Shown: positions 10,341 through 20,207 of the stretch, one piece after another
Layout of the letters: every line of letters begins with the position of its first letter
How positions within the stretch are numbered: position 1 is the first letter of the stretch
NCBI GenBank assembly: GCA_037444745.1
Contig: JBBILT010000003.1
Location: 263,532-327,531 of the forward strand
DNA length: 64,000 nucleotides
Direction of reading: 5' to 3'
DNA from: Ignavibacteriales bacterium
GTDB taxonomy: Bacteria > Bacteroidota > Ignavibacteria > Ignavibacteriales > Ignavibacteriaceae
Position numbers and translations under genes: made by a program
Notes under the pieces: generated by a model
The model's input: the letters and a program-made list of their open reading frames with translations, nothing else
The model's database searches: none
Told to the model about the DNA's origin: nothing

Positions 10341-10881
10341 TACTAAGCTCTTTCTTAATTATTAAAACTAATTTATCAACTGTTATTCCGATCCTACTAT
10401 TATCAGTATTAATTATTATATCTGCCTGATTATAAAAGTGTTTTCTTGTTTCAAGAAGTTCGTTTATTTTCTTAATGAACTCTGCTTTAGCTGGTTCTTC
10501 ATCACCATCAAATAATAAGGCTGGTCTATCTCTTTTAAATCTCAGCCTTTTATAGGCTTCCTCCACTGATGATTCCAAATAAATGAGAAATCCCGATGAC
10601 TTTATCAGTTCCAGGTTAATTGGATTTGCAATTGTTCCACCACCAAGAGCAATCATATAATTTTCTAAATGTGTAACCTCTTCCAATAATTTACTCTCAA
10701 GAAGTCGAAAGTATTCCTCACCATTTTCCTCAAATATTTTTTTTATTTGCTTTCCGGATCTCTCTTCAATCAATTGATCAAGATCATAAAAGTTCCATCC
10801 TATCGTATTGGCTAAAATTGGACCTATTGTACTTTTGCCGGCAGCCATAAATCCAGTGAGAAATATCAGATTTTTTTTCAT
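10321..10881 (-). CDS. aroK: shikimate kinase
   Basis: P-loop GFMAAGKSTIG, and ALGGG in the shikimate-binding region. Forms an operon with aroB. Confidence 0.9.
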   Translation of the reverse strand: MKKNLIFLTGFMAAGKSTIGPILANTIGWNFYDLDQLIEERSGKQIKKIFEENGEEYFRLLESKLLEEVTHLENYMIALGGGTIANPINLELIKSSGFLIYLESSVEEAYKRLRFKRDRPALLFDGDEEPAKAEFIKKINELLETRKHFYNQADIIINTDNSRIGITVDKLVLIIKKELSSEKNNS

Positions 10882-10951
10882 CTAATTAGATTGATTAAAG
10901 ATTATAAAGATAATTTAAAGAAATAGCGTGAGAAAACTTATGTTAGGAAAA

Positions 10952-11662
10952 TTAAAATTGGAATGATAAGCCAAATAAAAATGAAATCCCATCTAAATTT
11001 ATTTTAGAATCAAATGAATCCTGTGACAAATTTATTTGAGAGCCTTTATAATTTACTACACTCTTTAGATATCTGCTTGTCAATTCCACTTCGGGATCAC
11101 GGAATTTCATATCAAATCTTAATCCTATTTGTTTAAGAATTAAATATTCCATACCGATCGAAACTAAAATACCTATAGCGTTTTCTTTTTTTAGATTTTG
11201 AATTTGTGTGTCACCAAATTTTCGTGCTTGTTCTCCATAATAATAACCAACGCCCGCACCCATTGTAAATTTAAATTGCTCTGTTGAAAAGGGTAAATAA
11301 TAATAAGCAGAAAGTTCAATTGGTATAAATAAAACACCGTCTTCAACTTCTAATTCAATTATCTGGCTGCCTTCTGCAACAGATAAGTTTCTTCCCTTTT
11401 CACTTTTAGAAATATACTCCGAGCTGATTCCCAATATAATATCTTCATTCAGCCTATATCTAAAATCAATTACCGGTGAATAGAGGTGCTGAATTTCAAA
11501 AGATTTATTTTTAATTACGATGTCAGATGAATTGGGGTTTAAAAAAATTTGTGCCGATGTTATATAATCTCCCCCAATAAAGAAGCTAAAACTCTTCCCA
11601 TTGTTTTGGGCAAATGTACAAGTGTTTATTACGAAGAAAATAAAAAAGATGCGAAGTGTCAT
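10952..11662 (-). CDS. putative outer-membrane beta-barrel protein
   Basis: Has a signal peptide, alternating hydrophobic strands and a C-terminal ...FGLSFQF typical of OMP barrels. No specific family recognised. Confidence 0.5.
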   Translation of the reverse strand: MTLRIFFIFFVINTCTFAQNNGKSFSFFIGGDYITSAQIFLNPNSSDIVIKNKSFEIQHLYSPVIDFRYRLNEDIILGISSEYISKSEKGRNLSVAEGSQIIELEVEDGVLFIPIELSAYYYLPFSTEQFKFTMGAGVGYYYGEQARKFGDTQIQNLKKENAIGILVSIGMEYLILKQIGLRFDMKFRDPEVELTSRYLKSVVNYKGSQINLSQDSFDSKINLDGISFLFGLSFQF

Positions 11663-11710
11663 TAATTTTAATTTGATATTTAATCTATTTAAAGATCAGC
11701 AACATTTTAG

Positions 11711-11754
11711 AAAAAAGAAAACCCCCAAAAACTGCTGCTTGCAAAATTTGGGGG
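11711..11754 (-). terminator. Rho-independent terminator after the ppiD-like gene
   Basis: On the minus strand, CCCCCAAA pairs with TTTGGGGG (11754-11747 and 11729-11722) and is followed by TTTTCTTTTTT. Confidence 0.65.
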
Positions 11755-11775
11755 TTATTTAAATATTGGATTTGT

Positions 11776-13869
11776 CTATTGGCGATAAAAAAGATAACGG
11801 TTATCTACAATATCGGCACTTTTCTTAATATCAGTAACCCACTGGTTTAAGAAACGACTTCGCTTTTCTTGAAAAAGCATGTTACGAATATTTGAACTTT
11901 GTGCAGAATAAATCGTTTTATCAAATGGTGTCCGCTTTGTAACCTTGATTAGATAATATCCTCGTAAGCCTTTAACAGGATCCGAAATTTTATTTACATC
12001 CAGTTTTTGTGAAGCATTAATAAATCCATAGTCCCTGCCGATGTTTGGAACAGTAGATGCGGGAGTAAAGCTGCCCGTTTGCTGAACCATTATTCTAGAG
12101 TCAATTGAAGAGACTTTATTAAAATCGCCTCCAATTTTTTTGAAAAGATTTTCTGCCATACCTTTTAACTTTTCAAATTTTATTTCTCTCATAACAATTG
12201 GCTTTAATTGTCCTTTTATTTCATCAAAAGATCTGAATTTTTCAGACGTACTTTCTGTGATTTTTACAACAACATAGCCGCTTGGAACTTTAAATGGATC
12301 GCCAATAGAGTTTACGCTGTTTGCAAACGCAAATTTTACAAGTCTCTCACTTGTTCCGATGGATGGGATAGAGCCAGTATTATCTGCGAATAATGGGGTT
12401 TCCTGAACTTTATAATTCAGCAGCTTAGCTTCCTGATCAAAATCATTTTTCTTTGCGAGATATGAAAAATCATTTGCATTATTATAATTTCGATCTTTAC
12501 TGCTTGCTGATTGTTTAATCTTATTTACAATTTTTTCTACAACATACTTTTTATCAGTTCTATCTGTTACTTTTATTATATGATATCCATAATTTGTTTT
12601 GATGGGTTTTTGAACTTCACCAACTTTTCCGTTAAAGCAGGCATTCTCAAATTCCTTAACCATCATTCCCTTAGCAAAATAACCAAGATCACCCCCCTTT
12701 TTTGCACTGCCCTGGTCCGTAGAAAATTCTTTAGCTAATTCACTAAATTTTTCACCTGCAATTAATCTATTATATAACTTATTTGCTTCTTCCAGATTCT
12801 TTTCATCACTACCAAATTGGTTGATTAAAATATGAGAAGCTTTTGCAAAAACATCTTTTGAGGTAACACTACCAAAGTACTTGTAAAGAACATATCCTTC
12901 TGGTGCGGCAAATGGTCCAACAATATTTCCTGTTGTAGATTTATTAAAAGCTGCTACTATTTCCCCAGTCAGAGCTTGGACAGATAGCGTATCTTTTGAA
13001 TAAGGAGTTTCAGAATAAATTTTAATTAACTGTTCAAATCCTAAAGTGTCGCCAGCAGAGATTGTGTTTTTTACATTAGCTAAATTTTTAAAAACCATTT
13101 GTGAGTCTTCTGATGAAGGGATATTTTGAAATAAAACAAATTTTAATTTCCTTTGCGGCAGAACTTTATAATTATTTAAGTTTTTTTCATAATAAGATTT
13201 TAAATCTTCATCGGTTATTTTAATATCAGCATCATTAACCAGGTTTAAATCAACTAATGCGTAATCAGCTTCAATATTTGTATTCTGGTCTAAAAATCTT
13301 CTTTTAACTTCATCTTCACCAACTGTTACTGAAGCAAGAATCATACTTTGTAGTTTTTGTGTTAATCTTGATTGGCGAACAAGCTCTTCTGCTTGAATCA
13401 AAGCTTGTTTATTTCGTGCATCAAAAAGTGCGTCTTCATAAAGCTGCCTGTTAAAATTGCCAAGTGAATCAACAAAATTTCTTTTTAAGAATTCCGGCGG
13501 ATTTTCACCAAGTATTATATCCTTTACTTCCTGATCAGAAACTTTTATTCCATAATCTTTAATTAACTGAGAAAATATTTTTTGTGTAACAACTGCATCC
13601 CAAACCTGATCTCTGAGTTGATCAACCTGACTATCATCTAAATCAGCACCGGACTGTTTTTTCTGATTCTCAATCTGCTGATCAAGAGCTGTTTGAAATT
13701 CCTGGTAAGTAATATTTTCACCGTTAACCGATCCGATATTATTTGTTCGTCCGCCTCCAAGTGCCTGAAGAACATTTGAGTCGGATATTATCATAAATAA
13801 AACAAATAATCCGCCCACTGTTAAAATGAATGCAGGAGCTAAACTCCTCATTTTGGCCATCATAGCCAT
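11776..13869 (-). CDS. ppiD: membrane-anchored periplasmic chaperone / peptidyl-prolyl isomerase (PpiD-like)
   Basis: N-terminal TM anchor (MRSLAPAFILTVGGLFVLFMII). The long SurA-N-like region is followed by a parvulin rotamase segment (ASHILI...GGDLGYF...GYHIIKV). Confidence 0.75.
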   Translation of the reverse strand: MAMMAKMRSLAPAFILTVGGLFVLFMIISDSNVLQALGGGRTNNIGSVNGENITYQEFQTALDQQIENQKKQSGADLDDSQVDQLRDQVWDAVVTQKIFSQLIKDYGIKVSDQEVKDIILGENPPEFLKRNFVDSLGNFNRQLYEDALFDARNKQALIQAEELVRQSRLTQKLQSMILASVTVGEDEVKRRFLDQNTNIEADYALVDLNLVNDADIKITDEDLKSYYEKNLNNYKVLPQRKLKFVLFQNIPSSEDSQMVFKNLANVKNTISAGDTLGFEQLIKIYSETPYSKDTLSVQALTGEIVAAFNKSTTGNIVGPFAAPEGYVLYKYFGSVTSKDVFAKASHILINQFGSDEKNLEEANKLYNRLIAGEKFSELAKEFSTDQGSAKKGGDLGYFAKGMMVKEFENACFNGKVGEVQKPIKTNYGYHIIKVTDRTDKKYVVEKIVNKIKQSASSKDRNYNNANDFSYLAKKNDFDQEAKLLNYKVQETPLFADNTGSIPSIGTSERLVKFAFANSVNSIGDPFKVPSGYVVVKITESTSEKFRSFDEIKGQLKPIVMREIKFEKLKGMAENLFKKIGGDFNKVSSIDSRIMVQQTGSFTPASTVPNIGRDYGFINASQKLDVNKISDPVKGLRGYYLIKVTKRTPFDKTIYSAQSSNIRNMLFQEKRSRFLNQWVTDIKKSADIVDNRYLFYRQ

Positions 13870-14089
13870 AATTTCTACATCTCCGTATTAATAAACATTG
13901 AAAATTTAAGCCGCTTAAAATAGACACATCGAGCTTAAAAAACAATTATAAAACTGCTAATAAATTCTGGAATTATGCTTTTTTAATACTAAGATAAATC
14001 TTTGTAATTTAATGATACCCGTTAAAATTAATTTCCATATTCATCAAATGTTTTTTTTGATGGATTGAATTTAAAAGAGAGGTGGCTAT

Positions 14090-14773
14090 TTGTTAAATAA
14101 TACTAATTTTTTAGAAAGCGTTCCAATCTTTTCTGAGTTGGATAGCGATACACTTGAAAAGATTGTGAAATCAGGGGTAACACAGAACTTTAAAAAAAAT
14201 TCTATAATTCTATCTGAAGAAGAATCGGGATCTGCCCTTTTTGTAATAGTAGAAGGCAAAGTTAAAGTATCAAGATCAAGCGGCGATGATAAGGAAGTGA
14301 TACTTGCGATTCTAAATGAATCAGATTTTTTTGGTGAGATGTCACTTTTGGATGGAATGACAAGATCAGCAACAGTTACTGCAATAGAAGATTCGAAACT
14401 ATTTATAATCCAAAGAACAGAATTTTTAGATCTTTTAAAAAAGTATCCAGACGTTTCAATTGCTTTACTTACAGAGTTAACAAAGCGACTAAGAGCTTCA
14501 TCAATGAAAGTTAAAGCTTTATCACTTAAAGATGCTGAAGGCAAAGTTGCAACTGTACTTTTGCAATTAGCAGATGATATTGGGAAAATAAGACAAGGTA
14601 TTGTTGAAATTGATCATCTCCCATTTCAGCAGGAGTTAGCAAATATGGCAGGCACTTCACGCGAGACTATTTCACGTACTTTACATTCTTTTGCAAAAAA
14701 AGGTTTGATAGAATTAGATGGATCAAAGCTTAGAATTACTGATTATGAAAAATTTAAAGAAATGTTTGATTAA
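14090..14773 (+). CDS. Crp/Fnr-family transcriptional regulator (cNMP-binding domain + HTH)
   Basis: cNMP-binding fold (FGEMSLLDG..RSATV) and a C-terminal HTH (QQELANMAGTSRETISRTL). Apparent TTG start preceded by GAGAGG. Confidence 0.85.
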   Translation: MLNNTNFLESVPIFSELDSDTLEKIVKSGVTQNFKKNSIILSEEESGSALFVIVEGKVKVSRSSGDDKEVILAILNESDFFGEMSLLDGMTRSATVTAIEDSKLFIIQRTEFLDLLKKYPDVSIALLTELTKRLRASSMKVKALSLKDAEGKVATVLLQLADDIGKIRQGIVEIDHLPFQQELANMAGTSRETISRTLHSFAKKGLIELDGSKLRITDYEKFKEMFD

Positions 14774-14775
14774 TT

Positions 14776-15606
14776 ATGAATCGTAAAACTGATTTACATA
14801 TGCACACTCTGTATTCTGATGGTCAGCATTCACCTGAAGAATTAATTGTCAAAGTTAAAGAAGCTAAGATCGATTTAATTAGTATCACTGATCACGATAC
14901 TGTCGATGGGATAGAAGAAAGTATTGAGCTAGGTAAAAAATATGGTGTGGAAGTAATTTCGGGACTTGAAATCAGCTCGGATATCAGAGATCGGGAAGTT
15001 CATATACTTGCTTATTTTATTGATCCAACCAATAAAGAGTTGGAAGAATACCTTAAATTCTTTAGAGCTGAAAGAATAAAACGTGCTCAACGTATTGCAG
15101 AAAAATTAAATGCATTGGGATTAGAAATTAATCTATCCGATATAATGAAGATCGCTCAAAATTCCGCTGTAGGCAGACCGCATATAGCTAAGGCAATGGT
15201 AAAAAATGGATTGGTTTCAAACTATTTCGAAGCCTTCAGTAAATATATCGGCAACGGATGTCCTGCTTACGAAAGAAAAGTTCATCTATCACCAAGAAGT
15301 GCATTTAAGATAATTAGCGATGCAGGCGGTCTTTCATTTATCGCACACCCTGGAAATTTACCCGATGCAATTATGGTAGAATTAATTGAAGCCGGACTTG
15401 ATGGTATTGAAGTTTTGCATCCTTCTCATTTACCGTATCAAGTAAAACATTATCGCGGTATTGTTAATGAATTTTTCTTATTAGAAAGCGGCGGTTCTGA
15501 TTTTCATGGCGGTGAAAGAAATGATTATGAAAACTTAGGTAAGTTTTCGATTGGTATGCCTAAAGTTGAAGCAATGAGAAAACAGCTTTTGAGAAATTCA
15601 GCTTAG
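14776..15606 (+). CDS. PHP-domain phosphoesterase (TrpH/YciV-like)
   Basis: DLHMHTLYSDG, ITDHDT, AHP and GSDFHG metal-binding motifs of the PHP family. Starts 2 nt after the Crp-family gene. Confidence 0.8.
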   Translation: MNRKTDLHMHTLYSDGQHSPEELIVKVKEAKIDLISITDHDTVDGIEESIELGKKYGVEVISGLEISSDIRDREVHILAYFIDPTNKELEEYLKFFRAERIKRAQRIAEKLNALGLEINLSDIMKIAQNSAVGRPHIAKAMVKNGLVSNYFEAFSKYIGNGCPAYERKVHLSPRSAFKIISDAGGLSFIAHPGNLPDAIMVELIEAGLDGIEVLHPSHLPYQVKHYRGIVNEFFLLESGGSDFHGGERNDYENLGKFSIGMPKVEAMRKQLLRNSA

Positions 15607-15777
15607 TTATTAAACCTACTATTGAAAAATTAGATTGTACCACAAAATATTTTCAATCTAATACAAGCAGAAAAAATTTTAGACTTTTATTGAATAATAT
15701 TTTTTTTAACTTTCCATTAAAAATAGAGAGAGTATAGATAAATCTTTTACTGCTATTAACTTTAACCAGGATCTAAA

Positions 15778-18003
15778 ATGAAATTTATCGTATCTCTCAT
15801 TGTCGTGTTATTCTTTTCTGCAAATTCATTTGCCCAGCAATTTTCCAATTGGAAAAATTATACTGATATGAAAGTGACTAATGATTTGGTTCTTTCAACT
15901 CAAGGGGTGTGGGCTGCTACGCAAGGCGGAGCATATTTTTATAATCCTTCAGATAACACATTTAAAACTTTTAGTAAAGCTGAAGGATTGAATGGAACTT
16001 CACTTACCTCAGTCGGAATTGATTCGTATTACAAAATTTGGTTCGGTAGTGCAAATGGAATGATAGATGTTTTTGATCCATCATCAAATTCTTTTCACTC
16101 CATCTTAGATATTTTTAATTCTGATAAAACAAATAAACAAATAAATGATATTTCGATTTCCGGTGATACTGTATATATCGCCACTGATTTTGGCATATCA
16201 CTTATTGATTCAAAGAATTACTCTTTTTATGATACCTTTTTTAAGTTTGGAAATTTTTCTTCAAATATTAGAGTTAATAGTATTCTTGTATCTAATCTTA
16301 TTTATGCTGCAACTGATGCAGGTGTGGCTATTCAAAAATTAGGTGCCAAAAATTTATCCGCACCAGAATCCTGGAATGTTTTTAATCAAACAAACGGTTT
16401 GCCAACCGGTGGAATTAATAAGTTAGTGCTTTTTAATAATGCGTTAATTGCTGGTACAAATCAGGGTTTATATATTTTTAATGGATCAGCCTGGCAAACT
16501 TACTTAGGTGCTGCTAATCTTCAGATTATAGATTTATTAACTGTTGAATCTACTTTATATATATTATCACCATCCATGGTTTATATGTCAGATGGTTCTT
16601 CAATTTCTGAAATGACTGCATTATCAAATATTCCCTCCAAATTAGCCTACTCAAATGATGTTGGAATTTTGGTTGCGACAAATAAAGGGTTACTAAAACA
16701 AAATAATCTAATCTTTCCTAACGGACCAGCAGCAAATCAGTTTCCTAATATGATCGTTGATAAAAATGGAAACTTATGGTCCGCAAGTGGAAAAGATCTT
16801 GGTGGTGTTGGATTTTATAATTACAACGGAATTGAATGGAAAACATATGACGTTGAACATTATCCAGAACTACTTCAAAACGGTTACTATGAAATATATG
16901 TTTCAAGTGATAACACAATCTATGCTGGTAATTGGGGACAAGGTTTTGCAAAATTAAAAAAAAATAAGATTGATAGATTTGATGCCCAGAATACAAAGCT
17001 AATCGGAATACCAATAAGTAATAATTTTATTGTTATCACTGGATTTGCAGAGGATACTAAAAACAATTTATGGATTTTAAATTATTGGCCCGCTGATAGA
17101 AATACTTTAAGTATGCTTACACCAGACAGTACCTGGTATTTCTTTACCATACCCGCTGAACAAAATCGAATTATTGAAAAACATTATAATCTTGCAATTG
17201 ATCAGAACGGAACGAAATGGTATATCTCACAAGATGAATCAAGATCAGGTTTATTTTACTTTAATGAAAAAGGAACTTACCTTGATGCTTCCGATGATGT
17301 GTCTGGTTATCTTACTACATCAAATGGATTAACTAGTAATTCGATTTCTGATATTGCAATTGATAAAAGAGGAGATCTTTGGGTTGGAACAAGTTTAGGT
17401 GTTAATATCCTTACAAATCTTAATAGTGTATTAACATCTGCCAATCCTCAATTCAGAATCACTTCATCTTTTTCGGTTAGACAGCAAACTATTAATGCAA
17501 TTGCTGTTGATCCATTAAATCAAAAATGGGTGGGATCAAATGAAGGATTATTTTTGTTAAGCACTGATGGAACTCAACTACTTGCAACCTTAAATTCTAA
17601 AAATAGTCCGCTTCTCTCTGATAAAATTCAAAGCCTGACCATCGATGAAAAAACAGGTAGAGTATATGTAGGCACTGATGCAGGATTAACGTCCTTCGAC
17701 ACACCGGCAATTCTGCCTGTAGAAAGTTTCAATGGATTAAATATTTATCCAAATCCTTTCATAATTAAAGATGGAAATCAGCTTGCAACAATTGATGGAT
17801 TGATTAGGGATACTGATATTAAAGTAATAACTATCTCAGGAAATTTAGTTCGTGCATTTTCATCACCTGGCGGGCGCACCGCTTTTTGGGATGGACGTGA
17901 TGATAATGGCAATTTAGTTAACAGCGGTGTTTACATCGTTATAGCTTTTGATCAGGAAGGTAACAGCGTTGAAACTGGAAAAATTGCAGTGCTTAGAGAG
18001 TAG
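15778..18003 (+). CDS. secreted beta-propeller repeat protein (two-component-regulator-propeller type) with T9SS C-terminal sorting domain
   Basis: Has a signal peptide and repeated W..T..GL / GT..GL propeller-like units. The C-terminus YPNPF...GVYIVIAF...GKIAVLR resembles T9SS/FlgD-Ig-like sorting domains. Confidence 0.7.
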   Translation: MKFIVSLIVVLFFSANSFAQQFSNWKNYTDMKVTNDLVLSTQGVWAATQGGAYFYNPSDNTFKTFSKAEGLNGTSLTSVGIDSYYKIWFGSANGMIDVFDPSSNSFHSILDIFNSDKTNKQINDISISGDTVYIATDFGISLIDSKNYSFYDTFFKFGNFSSNIRVNSILVSNLIYAATDAGVAIQKLGAKNLSAPESWNVFNQTNGLPTGGINKLVLFNNALIAGTNQGLYIFNGSAWQTYLGAANLQIIDLLTVESTLYILSPSMVYMSDGSSISEMTALSNIPSKLAYSNDVGILVATNKGLLKQNNLIFPNGPAANQFPNMIVDKNGNLWSASGKDLGGVGFYNYNGIEWKTYDVEHYPELLQNGYYEIYVSSDNTIYAGNWGQGFAKLKKNKIDRFDAQNTKLIGIPISNNFIVITGFAEDTKNNLWILNYWPADRNTLSMLTPDSTWYFFTIPAEQNRIIEKHYNLAIDQNGTKWYISQDESRSGLFYFNEKGTYLDASDDVSGYLTTSNGLTSNSISDIAIDKRGDLWVGTSLGVNILTNLNSVLTSANPQFRITSSFSVRQQTINAIAVDPLNQKWVGSNEGLFLLSTDGTQLLATLNSKNSPLLSDKIQSLTIDEKTGRVYVGTDAGLTSFDTPAILPVESFNGLNIYPNPFIIKDGNQLATIDGLIRDTDIKVITISGNLVRAFSSPGGRTAFWDGRDDNGNLVNSGVYIVIAFDQEGNSVETGKIAVLRE

Positions 18004-18014
18004 CTTTATCTTAA

Positions 18015-19964
18015 ATGATTAGTCTTATAAATCTTTCACTTCAATTTGGCGGAAAATATCTTTTTAAAGATGTCAATTATAGAATTTCTTCCGGCGACAA
18101 AATTTCTTTGGTCGGAGCCAATGGAACCGGCAAGTCTTCCCTTCTAAAAATTATTGCAGGCAAACTTGAACCTGAATCAGGACAAGTGCATAAACAAAAA
18201 CGAATTTCAATCGGTTACCTGCCTCAGGAAAATGTTACACACGCTGGAAAAACTTTATTAGAAGAAGCATCTTCAGCTTTATCTGATATTATTGAGCTTC
18301 AAAATAAAGAAACTGAAATTACCGATGCCTTAAATAATCCCGATCTTACTGATGAAGAAATAATGGATTTTGCTCATCAGCTTGGTGAAGTTCATCATAT
18401 GCTGGAAGGATTAGACTCTTACTCTGCCGAATCTAAAGTTGAAAAAATTTTACTTGGGCTTGGATTTGCTGAAGAAGATTTTAGTCGGTTAACAAATCAA
18501 TTTTCCGGCGGATGGCAAATGAGAATTGCACTTGCAAAAATTCTTATCTCACAAAATGATATTCTTTTACTTGATGAACCTACAAATCATCTTGATATTG
18601 ATTCACTTGAATGGCTTATTGATTTTCTAAAAGCTTACAAAGGCGGCTTGCTGATTGTATCACACGATAAAAATTTTGTTAATCAGGTTACTAATCGAAC
18701 TTTAGAAATTTTTCTTGGTAAGTTTTTTACGTTTAAAGGTGATTATGATTCTTACATCAAATATAAAATTGAACGTGATGAATTAGCGGTTCATCAATTT
18801 GATCAGCAGCAGAAAAAATTAAAAGAAACACAAAAATTTATTGAACGGTTTAGATACAAAGCTACAAAATCCCGACAGGTACAAAGCAGAATAAAGCAGC
18901 TTGAAAAAGTTGAGCTTATAGAATTACCAGAAGATAAAAGTGAAATTAATATTCGATTTCCTGTGCCGCCTCCAAGCGGGAGGACGCCAATTAAACTAAT
19001 TTCTATTTATAAATCTTATGGTGATAAAAAAGTTTTTGAAGGGATTAATTTTGAAATAGAAAAAGGTGAAAAGATTGCTTTTGTTGGACCAAATGGCGCC
19101 GGCAAATCTACTTTGGCAAAAATAATATCCGGCGTAATTGATATTAATTCCGGTGAAAGAATATTGGGACACAATACCATCGTATCCTATTACGCACAGG
19201 ATGTTGCTGATAATCTTAATCCCGATTTGGATCTTATCGAAACGGTTGACGGAATTGCTGAAAATAAAACCGTTGGACAGTTGCGCTCATTACTCGGTTC
19301 TTTTCTTTTTTCCGGCGATGATGTATTTAAAAAAGTTGGTGTACTTTCCGGCGGTGAAAAAAGCAGGGTTGCACTTTGTAAAATTTTATTGACCAAAGCT
19401 AATTTTATCATACTTGATGAACCTACAAACCATCTTGATTACACTTCAAAACTTATTTTGCAAAAAGCATTACTGGATTTTAACGGAACGCTTATTCTTG
19501 TTTCGCACGATGTTGATTTTTTAAGACCGATCGCAACAAAAATAATTGATATCCGTAAAGGAAAACTAAAAACATATTTAGGTGACATAGATTATTTTCT
19601 TTCAAAACGTGAATTATCATCACTTGAAAGAGATACTATTGTACTTGAGAAGAAAGAAAAAGTTACTTCCACAAATCGTAAAGAACAAAAAAAGATTGAA
19701 GCCGAACTTCGACAGCAAAAACACAAAGCCACTAAAGATTTAGCAAAAGAAATTTCAAGGTGTGAAGTGAAGATTATTTCTTTCGAAAAAGAAGTAAAAG
19801 ATTTAGAAAATAAATTATCTGATCCTAATATTTACAGCGATGGTGGTGCTGCCAAAGATATTACAAACAAATTTAATAAAGCTAAATCGGAACTTGAATC
19901 AGCAAATAAAAAGTGGGAAAAGCTAACCGAAGAACTTATAGAGATAGAATCACAATTTAATTGA
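18015..19964 (+). CDS. ABC-F family ATPase (two ABC cassettes, no TM domain)
   Basis: Two Walker A motifs (GANGTGKSS, GPNGAGKST) and two signatures (FSGGWQMR, LSGGEKSR). Also has a linker and a C-terminal coiled coil. Confidence 0.9.
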   Translation: MISLINLSLQFGGKYLFKDVNYRISSGDKISLVGANGTGKSSLLKIIAGKLEPESGQVHKQKRISIGYLPQENVTHAGKTLLEEASSALSDIIELQNKETEITDALNNPDLTDEEIMDFAHQLGEVHHMLEGLDSYSAESKVEKILLGLGFAEEDFSRLTNQFSGGWQMRIALAKILISQNDILLLDEPTNHLDIDSLEWLIDFLKAYKGGLLIVSHDKNFVNQVTNRTLEIFLGKFFTFKGDYDSYIKYKIERDELAVHQFDQQQKKLKETQKFIERFRYKATKSRQVQSRIKQLEKVELIELPEDKSEINIRFPVPPPSGRTPIKLISIYKSYGDKKVFEGINFEIEKGEKIAFVGPNGAGKSTLAKIISGVIDINSGERILGHNTIVSYYAQDVADNLNPDLDLIETVDGIAENKTVGQLRSLLGSFLFSGDDVFKKVGVLSGGEKSRVALCKILLTKANFIILDEPTNHLDYTSKLILQKALLDFNGTLILVSHDVDFLRPIATKIIDIRKGKLKTYLGDIDYFLSKRELSSLERDTIVLEKKEKVTSTNRKEQKKIEAELRQQKHKATKDLAKEISRCEVKIISFEKEVKDLENKLSDPNIYSDGGAAKDITNKFNKAKSELESANKKWEKLTEELIEIESQFN

Positions 19965-19970
19965 GTAACT

Positions 19971-20091
19971 TATGTTACGCAGTTCTGCGAAACCTTCGAG
20001 GTTTGGCTAAAAAAGCAGTTAAAATAATAGAACAATTCTTATTTATTTCAGAAAACCTCGAAGGTTTTTATATTAATATGCGTAAGATGAC
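19971..20091. mobile_element. MITE-like element, copy 1 (family A)
   Basis: 121 bp with imperfect terminal inverted repeats around TTACGCA...TGCGTAA and internal arms AACCTTCGAGGTT/AACCTCGAAGGTT. Flanked by TGAGTAACT (19962-19970) and TGAGTAATA (20092-20100). Closely matches 29425-29544. Confidence 0.7.
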
Positions 20092-20108
20092 TGAGTAATA
20101 TTCTTTTT

Positions 20109-20188
20109 CTTTGCGTACTTAGCGAAAAACTTTGCGACCTTTGCGTGAAATGTTTTTTCTTTTCTCGCATAGCACGCTAAGGACAAAC
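20109..20188. repeat. imperfect palindromic element with CTTTGCG triplicate (family G)
   Basis: CTTTGCG occurs at 20109, 20130 and 20139. The left arm CTTTGCGTACTTAGCG... partly complements the right arm ...CGCATAGCACGCTAAGGACAAAC. Confidence 0.45.
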
Positions 20189-20207
20189 AATAAATCACAA
20201 AGAAAAA

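Noticed and set aside
14086-14544. 152-aa minus-strand ORF.
   Set aside because: It is antisense to the Crp/Fnr-family gene, which has clear cNMP-binding and HTH motifs. The antisense product is Ser-rich with no motif.
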